A stretch of 64,000 nucleotides of DNA from Azolla caroliniana. Its lineage: Eukaryota > Plantae > Polypodiophyta. Below, in pieces: positions 13,077-25,078 of the stretch. Position 1 is the stretch's first letter. The number at the start of each line of letters is the position of its first letter. The DNA lies in the NCBI GenBank assembly GCA_043228905.1, contig JBHGNT010000001.1:20646001-20710000 (forward strand). The letters run 5' to 3'. The notes beneath the pieces are model-generated. The model had not been told where the DNA came from. It was given only the letters and a program-made list of their open reading frames with translations, and did no database searches. Position numbers and translations under genes: made by a program.

Positions 13077-14650
13077 ATATGTAATTTGATGACAGATTAA
13101 TCAATGAAGAATTAAATTGCTTGTTTTGAGTAACTTATCTACTGTGTAATTTTAAGAGTATGTTCAGGATTGCAGATTCCATGTCATACTATTGTAAATA
13201 CATTCATACACATTAGCACTAACTATGTATAAACCTGAGCAACTATTGTATTGCGACATTGGGACATTGATGCACCTGACCAAATGAGAGTACATGTACA
13301 CCACTGGTTTGTCTTCTAATAGCCTATACACATAGTTGTAATCATCTAGTCTTGCATAAAAAATACCTTCAATGTAGAATGTCTCGGTAGATACAACATT
13401 TCCCAAGCATCTAATATATTCAGCATTGCACACTGTTTACTAACTGTGCACTTCAATATATAGAAATCAACACCCTCTGAATTGCCTTCTTCTGCATTTA
13501 TAGTGAAATTATCCCCAACATTTAAGACATCACTCAGAGTATCTCCACGTCCTTGATATGTGAAGTCAACATTCTTTTCTGTTTCTCCACTAACTGCTTC
13601 CTTATCGTTCAATGTATAATACTCCCAATTCTGAATATATGCTTTGTTTAAACAATACCACCAATTTCCCTGCACACAATGGAAGCAAAAACAAGTTAAT
13701 TCTCTAACCGCAATACAATGATCATCCAACCTAGAATAACCGCGAACAACATGGAGAGATCGCAATTCGGGAATTCCTTGGCACTCCCTATTTACTTCAT
13801 CTATCTTGACTTCTCAAAATTCACATTTGATATCTTAGACCTGCGAGGAATAAAGACCAGTTGCACTCTTTGACATATTAGCTCTTAAAAATTCAACTAC
13901 ATGTGCTACACAATTCATCTACACACCATCTGCCTTTAGTTGTTCATGGGTAAGTGCCTGCTTTATAACAACACCTGCACCATCATGTTCACCTTTACCA
14001 TGGCTAGACCCAAAAAAATTCCATCTTATCTCCAAACTTGTTATAGCAGGATACCTCCCCACAAAATAAAATGGACATCTACCCTTGAATTGTGACGCAG
14101 CTCCATCAGCCTAGACCCAATGTTGAGTAAGCTCCAAACGTTTAGCTAATAACGATTGCCAATGTAAGTTAAAACAATGTTGGATGAACAAGGTATCATG
14201 CTTCTTATCATCAGAAATAAAAAAATGAATTATTTTTTTAACATCACCTGAAACTTGAAAATATGTTATGTGCACAAAAATGGTTACCTACGCTGAACAC
14301 CAATGCATAGATTGAATTTCATTCTGCTACTTGAAAGTATAATTCTCTGCGAAATCTACTATTGCGACTACTAGATAATTGGGGAAATCAGATATGCAAG
14401 TCTTAAACTAATGGGCTTGCCATGAATAAATGAAGTTGTGTTTAATGAACTTTACTAGAGATACTACTAATAAAGACGCCAAATCCCTTGGTTTAAGCAA
14501 CTTCCTAACTAGATCCTTTCTTTTACACACCTTTCCTTCAAAATTGGTGTCAACTAACTCAAATAACTTGACAAAGATTAATATTTCACTACTCAATTCA
14601 TTTGGACACCACCTAAATCTACTAAGGCCACAATCTTGACATAAACCTTT

Positions 14651-15184
14651 GACACATTTATGACTGTGGAAGATGGCCTCAATTTCTCTCGGACACAATA
14701 CTGAATCTAAAACACAACTCATGGAAGAGATAACATGCTCAGATGATTTATAGTGCTCACAAGTGCAAATTGCATGGTGATGTCGTAGATTAACAACGTC
14801 CTTGAGAAAACCCAGGTGTACATGGTAAATGCAACAACATGTGTATCGATCCTTCAAGCGTCTCACAAAGTGTGGATTAAGAGACTCGAATGTTCGTAGT
14901 TGAACTTTGATATTTGGACACATTTATGACTGTGGAAGATAGCCTCAATTTCTCTCAGACACAATACTGAATCTAAAACACAACTCATGGAAGAGATAAC
15001 ATGCTCAGATGATTTATAGTGCTCACAAGTGCAAATTGCATGGTGATGTCGTAGATTAACAACGTCCTTGAGAAAACCCAGGTGTACATGGTAAATGCAA
15101 CAACATGTGTATCGATCCTTCAAGCGTCTCACAAAGTGTGGATTAAGAGACTCGAATGTTCGTAGTTGAACTTTGATATTTGGA
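14651..15184. repeat. 266-bp direct tandem duplication inside the Sola2 transposase
   Basis: gacacatttatgactgtggaagat starts at both 14651 and 14917. The copies are nearly identical, and ORFs 14408-14923 and 14863-15189 repeat the same peptide. Confidence 0.95.
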
Positions 15185-15214
15185 TGCATTCGCCTGCGTA
15201 ATAAAATGGATATA

Positions 15215-16905
15215 CTGATTAGCTCTATAGCTAAATGGTAGCTAATTAGCTACTACCATACTTTAGCTAAGTGGTGGCTAATTAGCTACTACCATAGTTT
15301 AGTACAGTAGCCAATTAGCTACCACTTCGCCAATTAGGTACTACCATTGTTTAGTATAGTTGCTAACTAGCTATGTGGTACCTAATTAGCTACTACCATA
15401 CTTTAGTTGAGTAGCTAATAAGCTAAGTGGTATCTAATTAGCTACTACCATAGTTTAGTACAATAGCTAATTAGCTACCACTTAGCTAATTAGCTACTAC
15501 CATAGTTTAGTATAGTAGCCAATTAGCTAAGTGGTAGCTAATTAGCTACTACCATAGTTTAATACAACAACTAATTAGCTAAATGGTAGCTAATTAGCTA
15601 CTACCATAGTTTAGAATAGTAGCTTATTAAGTAAGTGGTAGCTAATTAGTGACTACCATATTTCAGTACAATAAATTAGCTACTACCATACTTTAACTAA
15701 GTGGAAGCTAATTAGCTGCTACCATAGTTTAGTACAATAACTAATTAGTTAAGTGGTAGCTAATTAGCTACTACCATAGTTTAGTAAGTAGCTAATTAGC
15801 TAATACCATACTTTAGCTGAGTAGCTAATTAGCTATTAGCATAGTTTAAGATATTAGCTAATTACCTAAATGGTAGCTAATTAGCTACTACCATAGTTTA
15901 GTACAATAGCTAATTAGCTACTACCATAGTTTAGTACAGTAGCTAATTAGCTAAGTGGTAGCTAATTAGCTACTACCATAGTTTAATATAGTAGCTAATT
16001 TGCTAAGTGGTAGGTAATTAGCTACTACCATAGTTTAGTACAGTAGCTAATTAGCTACTACCATACTTTAGTTGAATAGCTAATTAGCTAGTCCCATAGT
16101 TTAGTATAATAGCTAATTAGTTAAGTGGTAGCTAATAAGATACTACCATACTTTAGTTATAGTGGCTAATTAGCTAGTACGATACTATAGCTGAGTCGCT
16201 AATTAGCTAATTGGTAGCTAATTAGGTACTACCATACTTTAGTTGAGTAGCTAGTTAGCTACTACCATAGTTTAGTATAGTAGCTAATTAGCTATGTGGT
16301 AGCTAATTAGCTATTACCATAGTTTAGCTGAGTAGCTAATTAGCTAAGTGGTAGCTAAATAGCTACTACCATAGTTTAATAGAGTAGTGAATTAGCTAAA
16401 TGGTAGCTAATTAGCTACTACCATAGTTTAGTATTGTAGCTAATTAATTATGACCATAGTTTAATATAGTAGCTAATTAGCTAAGTGGTAGCTAATTAGT
16501 TACTACCATACTACCAATTAATTACCTATTATGGTAGCTAATTAGCTATCCTAGCAACTAATTAGCTAAATAGCTATGCTCATATTCTTAGGTACCTAAG
16601 TAGCTATTCTAGTAGGGGATTAGCAATTCTGGTAGCTAATTAGCTATAGTCATAAGCAGCTAATTAGCTATTGTTATAGGCCACTAATTAGCTATTTGTG
16701 GTAGTTAATTAGCTATGAATGGTAGCTAATTAGCTATGATGGTAGCTAAATAGCTATGTTCGATATTCTTGGGGAGCTAATTAGCTATTTTTGTAGCAAG
16801 TGAGCTATTAATAGTAACTAGTTAGCTATGGTCATATTCTGAGGTAGGTAATTAGCTATTTGGGTATGTTCATATTCAGAGGTAGCTAATAAGCTAACTA
16901 ACTAA
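15215..16905. repeat. Satellite array 3 (TAGCTAATTAGCTA family), filling a transposase intron
   Basis: Same unit as arrays 1 and 2, more diverged after ~16510. Lies between the minus-strand donor at 16945 and the acceptor at 15194. Confidence 0.95.
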
Positions 16906-17859
16906 GCTCAAATGTCAAAACAAATGTTGAGCTAAATGTAAATACCTGAGGTACATCAAGAAGATGAATGGGATACTCCTCATATTGACTCCTTCCAACA
17001 CGTTTCCTGCATAAATCCTTCTAATTGGGTGAAACCCTACTCTCATTAGTCCAAAATATTGTGATTATATCCTTGATTTCTGATGTTATGGGTGTCATTG
17101 CTTACATCTTATTGTTAGATTTAGCAGACTAGTTCCTTCACCCGAGGAAACTATCTGGTTCTATGTATTGTACACACTTTTTCTACTAACACCTTATATA
17201 GCACACTAATGTTAATATCGTCAACATCACTATTAAGTAACATTATTAGACTAGAACTTTTTAAGAAAAGATCATCTTCTGACCTGTTCATGGATACGAA
17301 ACTATTACGGAGATTCTTTACAAGTAGATATGTTATGTTTGCATTAAGACCATCACAATCAACTAACTCCATAAAGATCATTTAATATTCCATAAAGTAC
17401 TACCTTCTTGTCTTCATTGCTAATGTGCTTGGTATGAACAATAAAATAGTCTACAACCTTTCTCTCTATGATAGTAGTCTCATTACTTCCATTCTCAATG
17501 ATATTTAGACCTATATCGCAACCAATACTATCTTTACCTTTAGTGAGTGTGGCTTTCGTATCCTTCAACAATTGATGATGTTTTTTTTTTTTTTGCCCAA
17601 TACTTTCGTATCGCTTGTTGTGTCCTGATAGCGTCATCCCTATCTTGATGATCATTGAGGGGTAATTCTAAACACCCTCCCCCTTCCATTTGGCTTGACA
17701 GGTTTAAACCCTAATTTTCCCAAAGAAAGACACATATTAAAGATGGCTATGGGCAACAACAATACACAAAAATATTCCGCAATACACAAGATTATACACA
17801 ACAATACACAAGATAATCAATAGACAGAATAATTATTCAAATCCAAGACCGAACAATGG

Positions 17860-18530
17860 TGGTAATTCAGGGCCGAATAGTGGCAGCAACTGAGTGTAGA
17901 ATGGCGGCAATGGAGGAGTGAACTCCGTTTGATCAAACCGTTTTGACAATCTAGGACTGAACAAAGGCGGCAACTGAGTGTAGAATGATGGCAATGGAGG
18001 AGTGAATTCTGTCAGATTGAACAGTGCCAGATGATGCTTGGAACGCACAATGACGACAACTGAGAGTAGAATGGCAGCAGTGGAGAAGGAGTGAACTCCT
18101 TTGGATCGAAAAGTGACAGCAATACACCACCAAACAATAACCGCAACTAAGTGCAGAATGATAGCAATGGATGAGTGAACTCCGTCAAATTGAAAAGTGG
18201 CAGCAATCCTCACCCGAATAATAGCGGCAACTGAGTGTAGAATGATGGCAATGGAGGAGTGAACTCCATCCGATCGAATAGTGGCAGATGATGCTTGGAA
18301 CACACAGTGACGGCAACTGAGAGTAGAATGGCAGTAGTGGAGAAGGAGTTAACTCTGTCGGATCGAAAAGTGGTAGCAATATACGACCTTCACAGTAGCG
18401 ACAACTGAGTGTAGAGTGGCGGCAATGGAGGAGCGAACTTGGCAGATGATGCTTGGACTAAACAATGGCGGCAACTGAGTGTAGAATGGCGGCAATGGAG
18501 GAGTGGAGTCAATCGGGTTTAGCAACAGTG
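17860..18530. repeat. ~85-bp minisatellite, about 8 units, upstream of the Sola2 transposase
   Basis: Core gcaactgagtgtagaatggcggcaatggaggagtgaactcc at ~17886, 17970, 18056, 18143, 18227, 18313, 18401 and 18471. Confidence 0.9.
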
Positions 18531-18790
18531 GTAGTAATCTAAGCAAGAATACTCAACCAGAGATGGCCCATGTGATGTGGCAAAGGATCATGCATAATGG
18601 ACCTAGGAATTCGGTATATAATTTATGGTGCACATATCAATTTATGTTGCACATTTATGGTGCTTATTTATATAATTAAAACTCTCTACTATTTTCAATG
18701 GTAGCTTTTTGCAAAAATGACTATTTATCAATGGTAGCTTTTTGCATATCTAATTAGCTATGTCAAGGACATAACTAATTGTTTCCACTC

Positions 18791-19220
18791 GCATGCTTTC
18801 AGCCGTACCAGGGTCCGTATCTATTGTCATGCCGATCATTTCGGCGATACTCGTGTTCTTGATGATCCTCCTCGTCCCAGTATCGTTCGTCGTGTTCTTG
18901 ATGATCCTCCTCGTCCCAGTATCGTTCGTCGTCCTATCGTAGTCGCTCATTATAGCGAGGACGCTCGCATTCCTATAACGATCATCAAACTGTCGGCTAA
19001 TACGTTGTGGTTCGATTCGCCGAACCGGCATTGTGGGCCGATTTAGCAAGTTATACACGCACTCGTTCACCGTATGTGCCCGGGAATGGCATATCGGTCA
19101 ATGCGCCCGCATGTTGCAGTTGACGGCCGAGTGCCCTGAGTTGAGTTAGATGGTGCATTGGATAGCTTGCCGAAACCTAAGCTCGTCATCTTTTGGTAGG
19201 GCTTGCTTTAAGGAAGTCAT
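18791..19220 (-). mobile_element. Gypsy-like gag fragment (zinc knuckles plus R/D-rich linker) with a 39-bp tandem duplication
   Basis: ICHSRAHTVNECVYNLLNR matches ICHSRAHVVDQCENNLLNK at ~58620-58670. Perfect 39-bp repeat at 18852-18890 / 18891-18929. Confidence 0.65.
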
Positions 19221-19859
19221 TCACATCCTTCCACTTGTTTCTTTTGTGTGGAACATGAGTACCCGGTGGATCACGTTATCGGTTGTCTGACCCGTGAAGT
19301 CGAGAATCCTGAGGTTCGTTCACATTGGCTCGTGTAAGGCAGGTAAAATGTCTCCTTGGCCTCACCTTCCATAGCCAACCATCTTAATTGGCTCTAGAGA
19401 TTCTGGAAACGGATCACAAAGATGGATGTTACCTGGACAAGTATGAATGTGTCGGTATCGGAAAGATGTTCGGAGTCGGAGTTAGATCGACAGTTCGGAT
19501 TGATGACTTAGCAAATAGCCGAATAGGACATAGTTAGTTACGAAATTTTGTAATTCTTGTTAAGTATAACCAGTAGGATTTCTTGATGAGAAAAGACCTT
19601 CGTGTTACCTATAAAAGGAACCGAAGGCATTGTAAAAATCTATCGTTGTATTTTGTAATATAAAGTTTAGTTAGGAAACCTCTGTGTACGAATCGCTCTT
19701 GTTATCTATTTCATTATGTCTAAACTATATTACATAAGTCACGATCTCGGTGTCTGTTATCACCGATAAGTTACAACTAATTCATATCTATTTGTTTAAC
19801 CACAACTTCTTGATAGAACGTTCGGTACGAATGTTCGTCTTATACTGTGTCGGCAAAGT

Positions 19860-21210
19860 AGTAATTGTCGACCGAACAACAACGGAAATGGGTTAATGGC
19901 CATACTGTTGAATCGAGTAGAATTGACTAATAATTTCACGTTGTGGAATGTGGCGATGGAGTAGGCGAAGGACCGTTTGTAGTTCAAAGTTCGTAATTGT
20001 GGCCAAGTCGTTTTGCAAATGCCACATTGTTGCCTTGCCATCTAGGGTGAGCCCGAACTCTACAATTTTGGACATATTGCTATCAACTTTTGCCAGTCGT
20101 TGCGACACCTGGTTGGCTTCCCACCTGTTGAGAAATGACCTGACATGTGTCTCCTCATCGGATTCACCATTGGAGTGGGGGTATGAAAATGTCATGGTGT
20201 CGGAGTCATAAAGGATGATGTTGTCGTGGGCGTGATCTATCGTAAATGGTGTGTAGTTACTGTTGTGGTTGGCCTCCACACCACTTTTGCTGGTGGCTTC
20301 GAGATCTAGGTGAACTTTGGAGATTGCCTCCTGTCCTATAGAGCTTTTCTTGGTGAGCGTTGACTCGATCATGCTTTCGTGAGATACGGTACGAGAACGT
20401 TTAGTCGTGACTTTTCCAAGGCAAGCTCTACCACATGTCGAGTTTCCACTCGCGTCAAAGGTTTACCTCGTCGTGTTGTCTCTTTGCTTCCTCGGCGGCT
20501 AGACGACATCCATTCTTGATGTTCTTCTGTGTGGTCACAGATCAACCAAGCGTGCCAAAAGTGTTATCCACTTGGATAACACGGTGTCGAATATCCGGTC
20601 GTTCATCTATTTGAGGGGACGATTCGAGGGTTTTCTTCTAAATAGTTATCCAATTCTTCATTGTCTAGACCTTCTAGCATGTGGATTTCATCTACATATA
20701 GCGGGGTTAGTTCTTTGGCTGGTGGCGAACATTCTTGAGTTGGCACCCTAATTTTTGCTCAGCCCCAACAGAAGCTAATATTGTTGTGTTGCCTGTTCTG
20801 CTTAATATTTGCCGAGCGCAACCATGGTCTCCCCAAAAGTAAGGGGTATGCTCTTGGAGCATCAAGAGCCAACATAACCGCCAATATTTCAAACGCATGT
20901 GCCCCTACGATGATCCTTAGAATGTGCAACAACCGCAATGGCAGGACGGACTGGGTGTTTGCCATGCGGAGCTAGAAGGGGCACACTTCCCAATTTTCAA
21001 TGCCCAGGTGGTTGTAGGTTTCCTTGGTGATGACGTTCACCCACGAGTTGCCATCAATGATACACCTGGAAATTTCATCCCGTCTTATTATGATTTTAGT
21101 TGCCTCCACACCACTGTTGTAGGTGGCTTTGAGATCTGGGTGAACTTCGGAGATAACCTCCTGTCTTATGGAGCATTGCTCGGTGAGCGTGGACTCGATC
21201 ATGCTTTCGC
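19860..21210 (-). mobile_element. Rearranged fragments of Gypsy-like family X (LTR end, PBS, gag N-terminus, protease)
   Basis: gag-like ORF 19893-20372 (HVRSFLNRWEAN, KIVEFGLTLDGKATMW). PBS-like TGGCACGCTTGGT next to LTR end tgttatcc at 20562. Protease IIDGNSWVNVI...YPLLLGRPWL at 20707-21100 is fused to a second copy of the gag start. Confidence 0.75.
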
Positions 21211-21256
21211 CTTACACGTGGGCACAAGTTTTGTTGTAATGTACATATTTAGGTAC

Positions 21257-24200
21257 TAGCCTTGGGAAGGTCCGGTTGCATCCCCAACATCTGTCTTGCC
21301 AGACCCAAGTCTTTCATTGAGAAGGTCCGGTTGAGAGCCTTCTTCAGCATCCGTATTTGGGCTTGGTCCCGTCCGACGATCAACATGTCATCCACGTACA
21401 GAAGGAGTATCATGAAGTCGCCTCCTTCGAACTTCTTCACAAACACGCAGTGATCGGCCTGCGTCTTGTGGTACCCTTGATCGGTCATGAAGGAGTCGAA
21501 CTTCTAGTACCATTGCCGGGGGGCCTGCTTCAACCCGTAGAGGCTCTTCTTCAACCGGCAAACCAGGTGCTCCTTCCCTTTCTCCACGAACCCTTCCGGT
21601 TGCTACATGTAGATCTCCTCTTCGAGGTCACCGTGAAGGAATGTCGTCTTCACGTCGAGCTGCTCTACCTCGACGTCCATGCTTGCCGCTATACTCAGCA
21701 CCGTCCGGATGGAGGTCATCTTTACTACCGGGGCAAATATCTCGTCGAAGTCCACGCCCTTCTTCTGCTGGAACCCCTTCACCACGATCCTGGCTTTGTA
21801 TCTGGGGGGGTTGCCGGCATCTCCCGGTTTCAACTTGTACACCCACTTTTTCGGAGTGCCCGCTTTCCTTTCGGCAACTCCACCAATTCATACGTATGGT
21901 TCTCATGCAGGGAATCCATCTCATCATGCATGGCACTTAACCATTTTCGGCTGTGGGTGTCATCCTTCGCTTCTTCGAAGCTTTCTGGCTCCCCCTCATC
22001 GGTTAGCAACACATGCTCTGCATCCGGAAATCTCTGGGGGGGCCTTCTTTCTCTAAGAGGATATCTCCGTCTCTGGGCTTCGATAACCGGCTCCTCCATT
22101 TTTTCTTCATCCGAATCTGATTTGGGGTCTTGGCCGGTTCCGGTTTCAGCTTCCTCTACTTCTTCTTCTGCCAGTTCGGTATCCTCACCGTAACCCGCTG
22201 GTTCCTCGAGTGCTAACCGGTCTCTTGCTTGTTGGGTCTGCTCATCGTGGAATCCATCCTTACCTGTCGACTCAGAGTTCATTATCTTCTTCTCCGACTC
22301 CCAGTCGGCGAGCGTCTTGTCCTCCATGAAGATAATATCTCGACTCCGGAATACCTTCTTGTCGACCAGGTCCCACACTCGGTAGCCAAACTCATCGTTG
22401 CCGTGACCGAGGAATATGCATGGCCGGGTCTTTGGATCCAACTTTCCTCTCCGGTCCTTAGCTACATGCACGTACGCAAGACACCCGAATACCTTCAGAT
22501 GCTGGTAGGGTACTTCCTTACCGGTCCATATTCTCTATGGCGTGTCTCCGTCCAAGGGTACTGAGGGTGATCTGTTTATTACGTATGTCACCGTCGACAG
22601 TGCCTCAACCCAAAACTTCTTGGGTAGTCTTGCATGCGCCAGCATACTCCAGACCCTCTCCATTATGGTCCGGTTCATCCTCTCCGCCAGCCCGTTTAGT
22701 TCCGGCGTCTTCGGCACGGTAAATTCGAGCTGGATTCCCTTCGAGCGGCAGTACTCCTCGAAATGCCCCCGGTATTCACCTCCGTTATCTGCTCAAACCG
22801 CCTTCAGCTTCCGGCCGGTTTCTCTTTTCACTCTCGCATGGAGCTCTTTTAAGACGGATAACACTTGATCCTTCGTCTTTAACGGTGTGGCCCACAGCTT
22901 CCGGCTGTGGTCATCTATGAACGTCACGAACTACTGCGATCCTGCATGTGACTTCGTGTCCACTTGACACACATCAGTATGCACCAACTCCAGTGGTGCA
23001 TTATGTCTCATCGGTGGCCTTGGTCGGAAGGAGGTCCGGTTTTGCTTTCCGGCCAGACAATCAGTGCACTTCTCCAAGTGCACGTTCTTCACTGGAATGA
23101 GGTTGTCGTCTGCAAGCCTCTTCATCCCCTTCTCGCTCATGTGATAGAGCCTCTTGTGCCACAGCTCACCGGCAGTGTCGGATGCCACGTTCACATCCTC
23201 CGAACATAACCGGGCATTCATTAGGTACAACGTGTTTACCTTTCGGGCCCGACCCACAATCAAGCTCCCTTTGCTGAACTTCATAACACCATTACGGATG
23301 CTACGCGTGTAGCCTTCATCATCTAGCCGACCGGCTGATATTAGGTTCAGACGAACCTCCGGAACGTGTCGAACATCCTTCAGCAACATTTTGCATCCGG
23401 TTGGTGTTGTCAGCCACACGTCTCCTATGCAGACAATTCGGCATGTACCTTCATTCCCCATCCGGAAAATTCGGCGTGATCACCGGCTAAGTAGGATGAG
23501 AAGCATTTCCGGTCCAGGGTAAGGTGGAACGACGCTCCGGAGTCGACCACCCAGGTCATCTCGTCGCCGGCAAGGTTTATCTCACTGTCCTCAGTGATGA
23601 GCATCAACTCTTCTTCACTTGCCGCGATTGCCGTCGTTCCCTTCCGGTCTGGCCCCCTCCGGTCTTTACCATTCCGGTCTGGTGTCCGCTTCGAATTGGT
23701 ACCGTTGGTTTCCTTGTCTTTCCGGAAATGCCGACAGTTCTTTTGGAAGTGTCCTGCCTTGCCGCAATAGAAGCAAGTAGGCCTCTCCCTTGACTTTGAC
23801 CGTGTCCCCGACTTCTCCCAGTTCTGGGGACTACGGTTCCTTTGTCTTCCGCGTTCCGATTCGGTAAGGAGCGCTTTGGAGTCGGAGCTCATATCCTTAT
23901 CTTTCCGACGCGCATCCTCATCTAGCAAGCTCGACTTTACTCTTGCTAGGGATAACCGTTTCCCTTCCGGCCCGGTGTGCCCAAGGTGACAACCAACGTC
24001 TCCTAGCTATCCGGGAGGGAACCGAGCAGGAGTAGCGCTAATACCTCATCGGCAAGAGGTACTTCCAATGATGTTGCCTGGTGGATCAGCCCCTGGAAGG
24101 CATTCAAGTGCTCCACCATGCTGGAGCCATCTTGGTACCAGAGTCTAACTAGCTTCCGGAATACCGAAACCTGATTAACAGCATTTTTGTTTTGAAACAT

Positions 24201-25078
24201 AATGCCGATCTTCTCCTAGAGCTCATGAGCCTTGCTCTCTTCATTGAAGTTGTTGTATAGGCTCATGTCGATGAAGCACCGTATGTACGTTGTTGTCTTC
24301 ATGTGCATCACCTCCCATATCGTGGCGTCGATTTTGTCTGGTCTCTTGTCCCCAATCTAAACCGGCAACCAAAGATCTTTAACCATGAGCATGTCCCTCA
24401 TCTTCGACTTCCACACCGAATAGTTGGAGCTGGTGAGCTTGAACATGCCTCCCAACGAATCGTCCATTTTCTGTGTCATTTTGCTCTGATACCACTTTGA
24501 CAGGAACACATGCTCCCGATGAACAACGCTCGGCCACAACCGAGTTTAGAATCATAAAACACAGAAAAACGGGGAAAGAAGGCACGACACAGTGAGGAGA
24601 AGAGTACACAGGATGTTTACGTGGAAAACCCAAATACAGGAAAAACCACGACAACCCACAGACTGCAAACTATCACTATGTCAGAATGTACAAAATGGTA
24701 AAGCACCAAGGCAACGACCTCCAGCTTTCTATCTTCGCCACAGGCGGCGGTTACAACAGAGGCAATGACCTCTTCCTCTCTCTCACTCTCTCTATACACA
24801 GTTGCGCGCTCTAATCTTGCGCCAACAATAACAACAACATCACAGACATCAACAACAGTTTGCCCTAAGTCATATTTATACTAAAATGACTTTTCGGCTA
24901 TTTACAAATATAGCCCCGATGGACTCTCAGAAACATATTTACGAATATGTCCCTTCATCCGGTGAGCAATCTTCACCGGGCCTGCATCATCCGGCGCTTG
25001 CCGGGTACTCGTCATCCGGTTCTCACCGGGTCATCCGTAGCCGGGTACTCCTCATCCGGAGGGACCTGTTTCCTAACA
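21257..25078 (-). mobile_element. Ty1/Copia element B, 3'-truncated within RT
   Basis: gag (CFYCGKAGHFQKNC), PR (WVVDSGASFH), LWHKRL, IN (LVHTDVC, NGLAERMNRT), RT (LDVKTTFLHGDL, LYVDDML). PBS gctctgatacca at 24483-24494. 5' LTR at 24498-25078. Confidence 0.95.
24498..25078 (-). repeat. 5' LTR of Copia B
   Basis: tgacaggaac...tttcctaaca, adjacent to the iMet PBS and homologous to the solo LTR at 36297-37107. Confidence 0.88.

Larger units (their letters stand above)
13164..17655 (-). pseudogene. Sola2-type DDD transposase, spliced, disrupted
   Basis: Manual translation of 14370->13950: VDFAENYTFK*QNEIQSMHW...FISDDKKHD...WV*ADGAASQFKG...WNFFGSSHGKGEHDGAG. Upstream HPNIK..F..L.P / TCCCIYH / CVKGLCQDCG; downstream RELTCFCFHC. 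Donor cag|gtattt at 16945 and acceptor cag at 15194. Confidence 0.85.
6097..18790 (-). mobile_element. Sola2-like DNA transposon remnant with cargo and satellite arrays; left end lost
   Basis: Sola2-type transposase at 13164-17655. The same tagcta satellite recurs throughout 8.2-16.9 kb and again near 18750. The AT-rich tract ends sharply at ...gtttccaCTC (18790), matching a CYC-3' Sola2-type end. No matching left TIR seen, so boundaries are inferred. Confidence 0.6.

Noticed and set aside
17833-18546. Protein-coding ORFs with repeated TPPLPPFYTQLPP / HSSIAIILHSV peptides
   Set aside because: They are translations of the ~85-bp minisatellite in several frames, with no sign of a preferred coding frame.
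19230-19790. Solo LTR (TATA-like cctataaaagg at ~19608)
   Set aside because: LTR-like composition, but I could not fix TG...CA ends, a TSD or a second copy.
21357-22193. 278-aa plus-strand ORF (likewise 37586-38341 and 33759-34277)
   Set aside because: Antisense shadows of GC-rich retrotransposon pol/gag frames.
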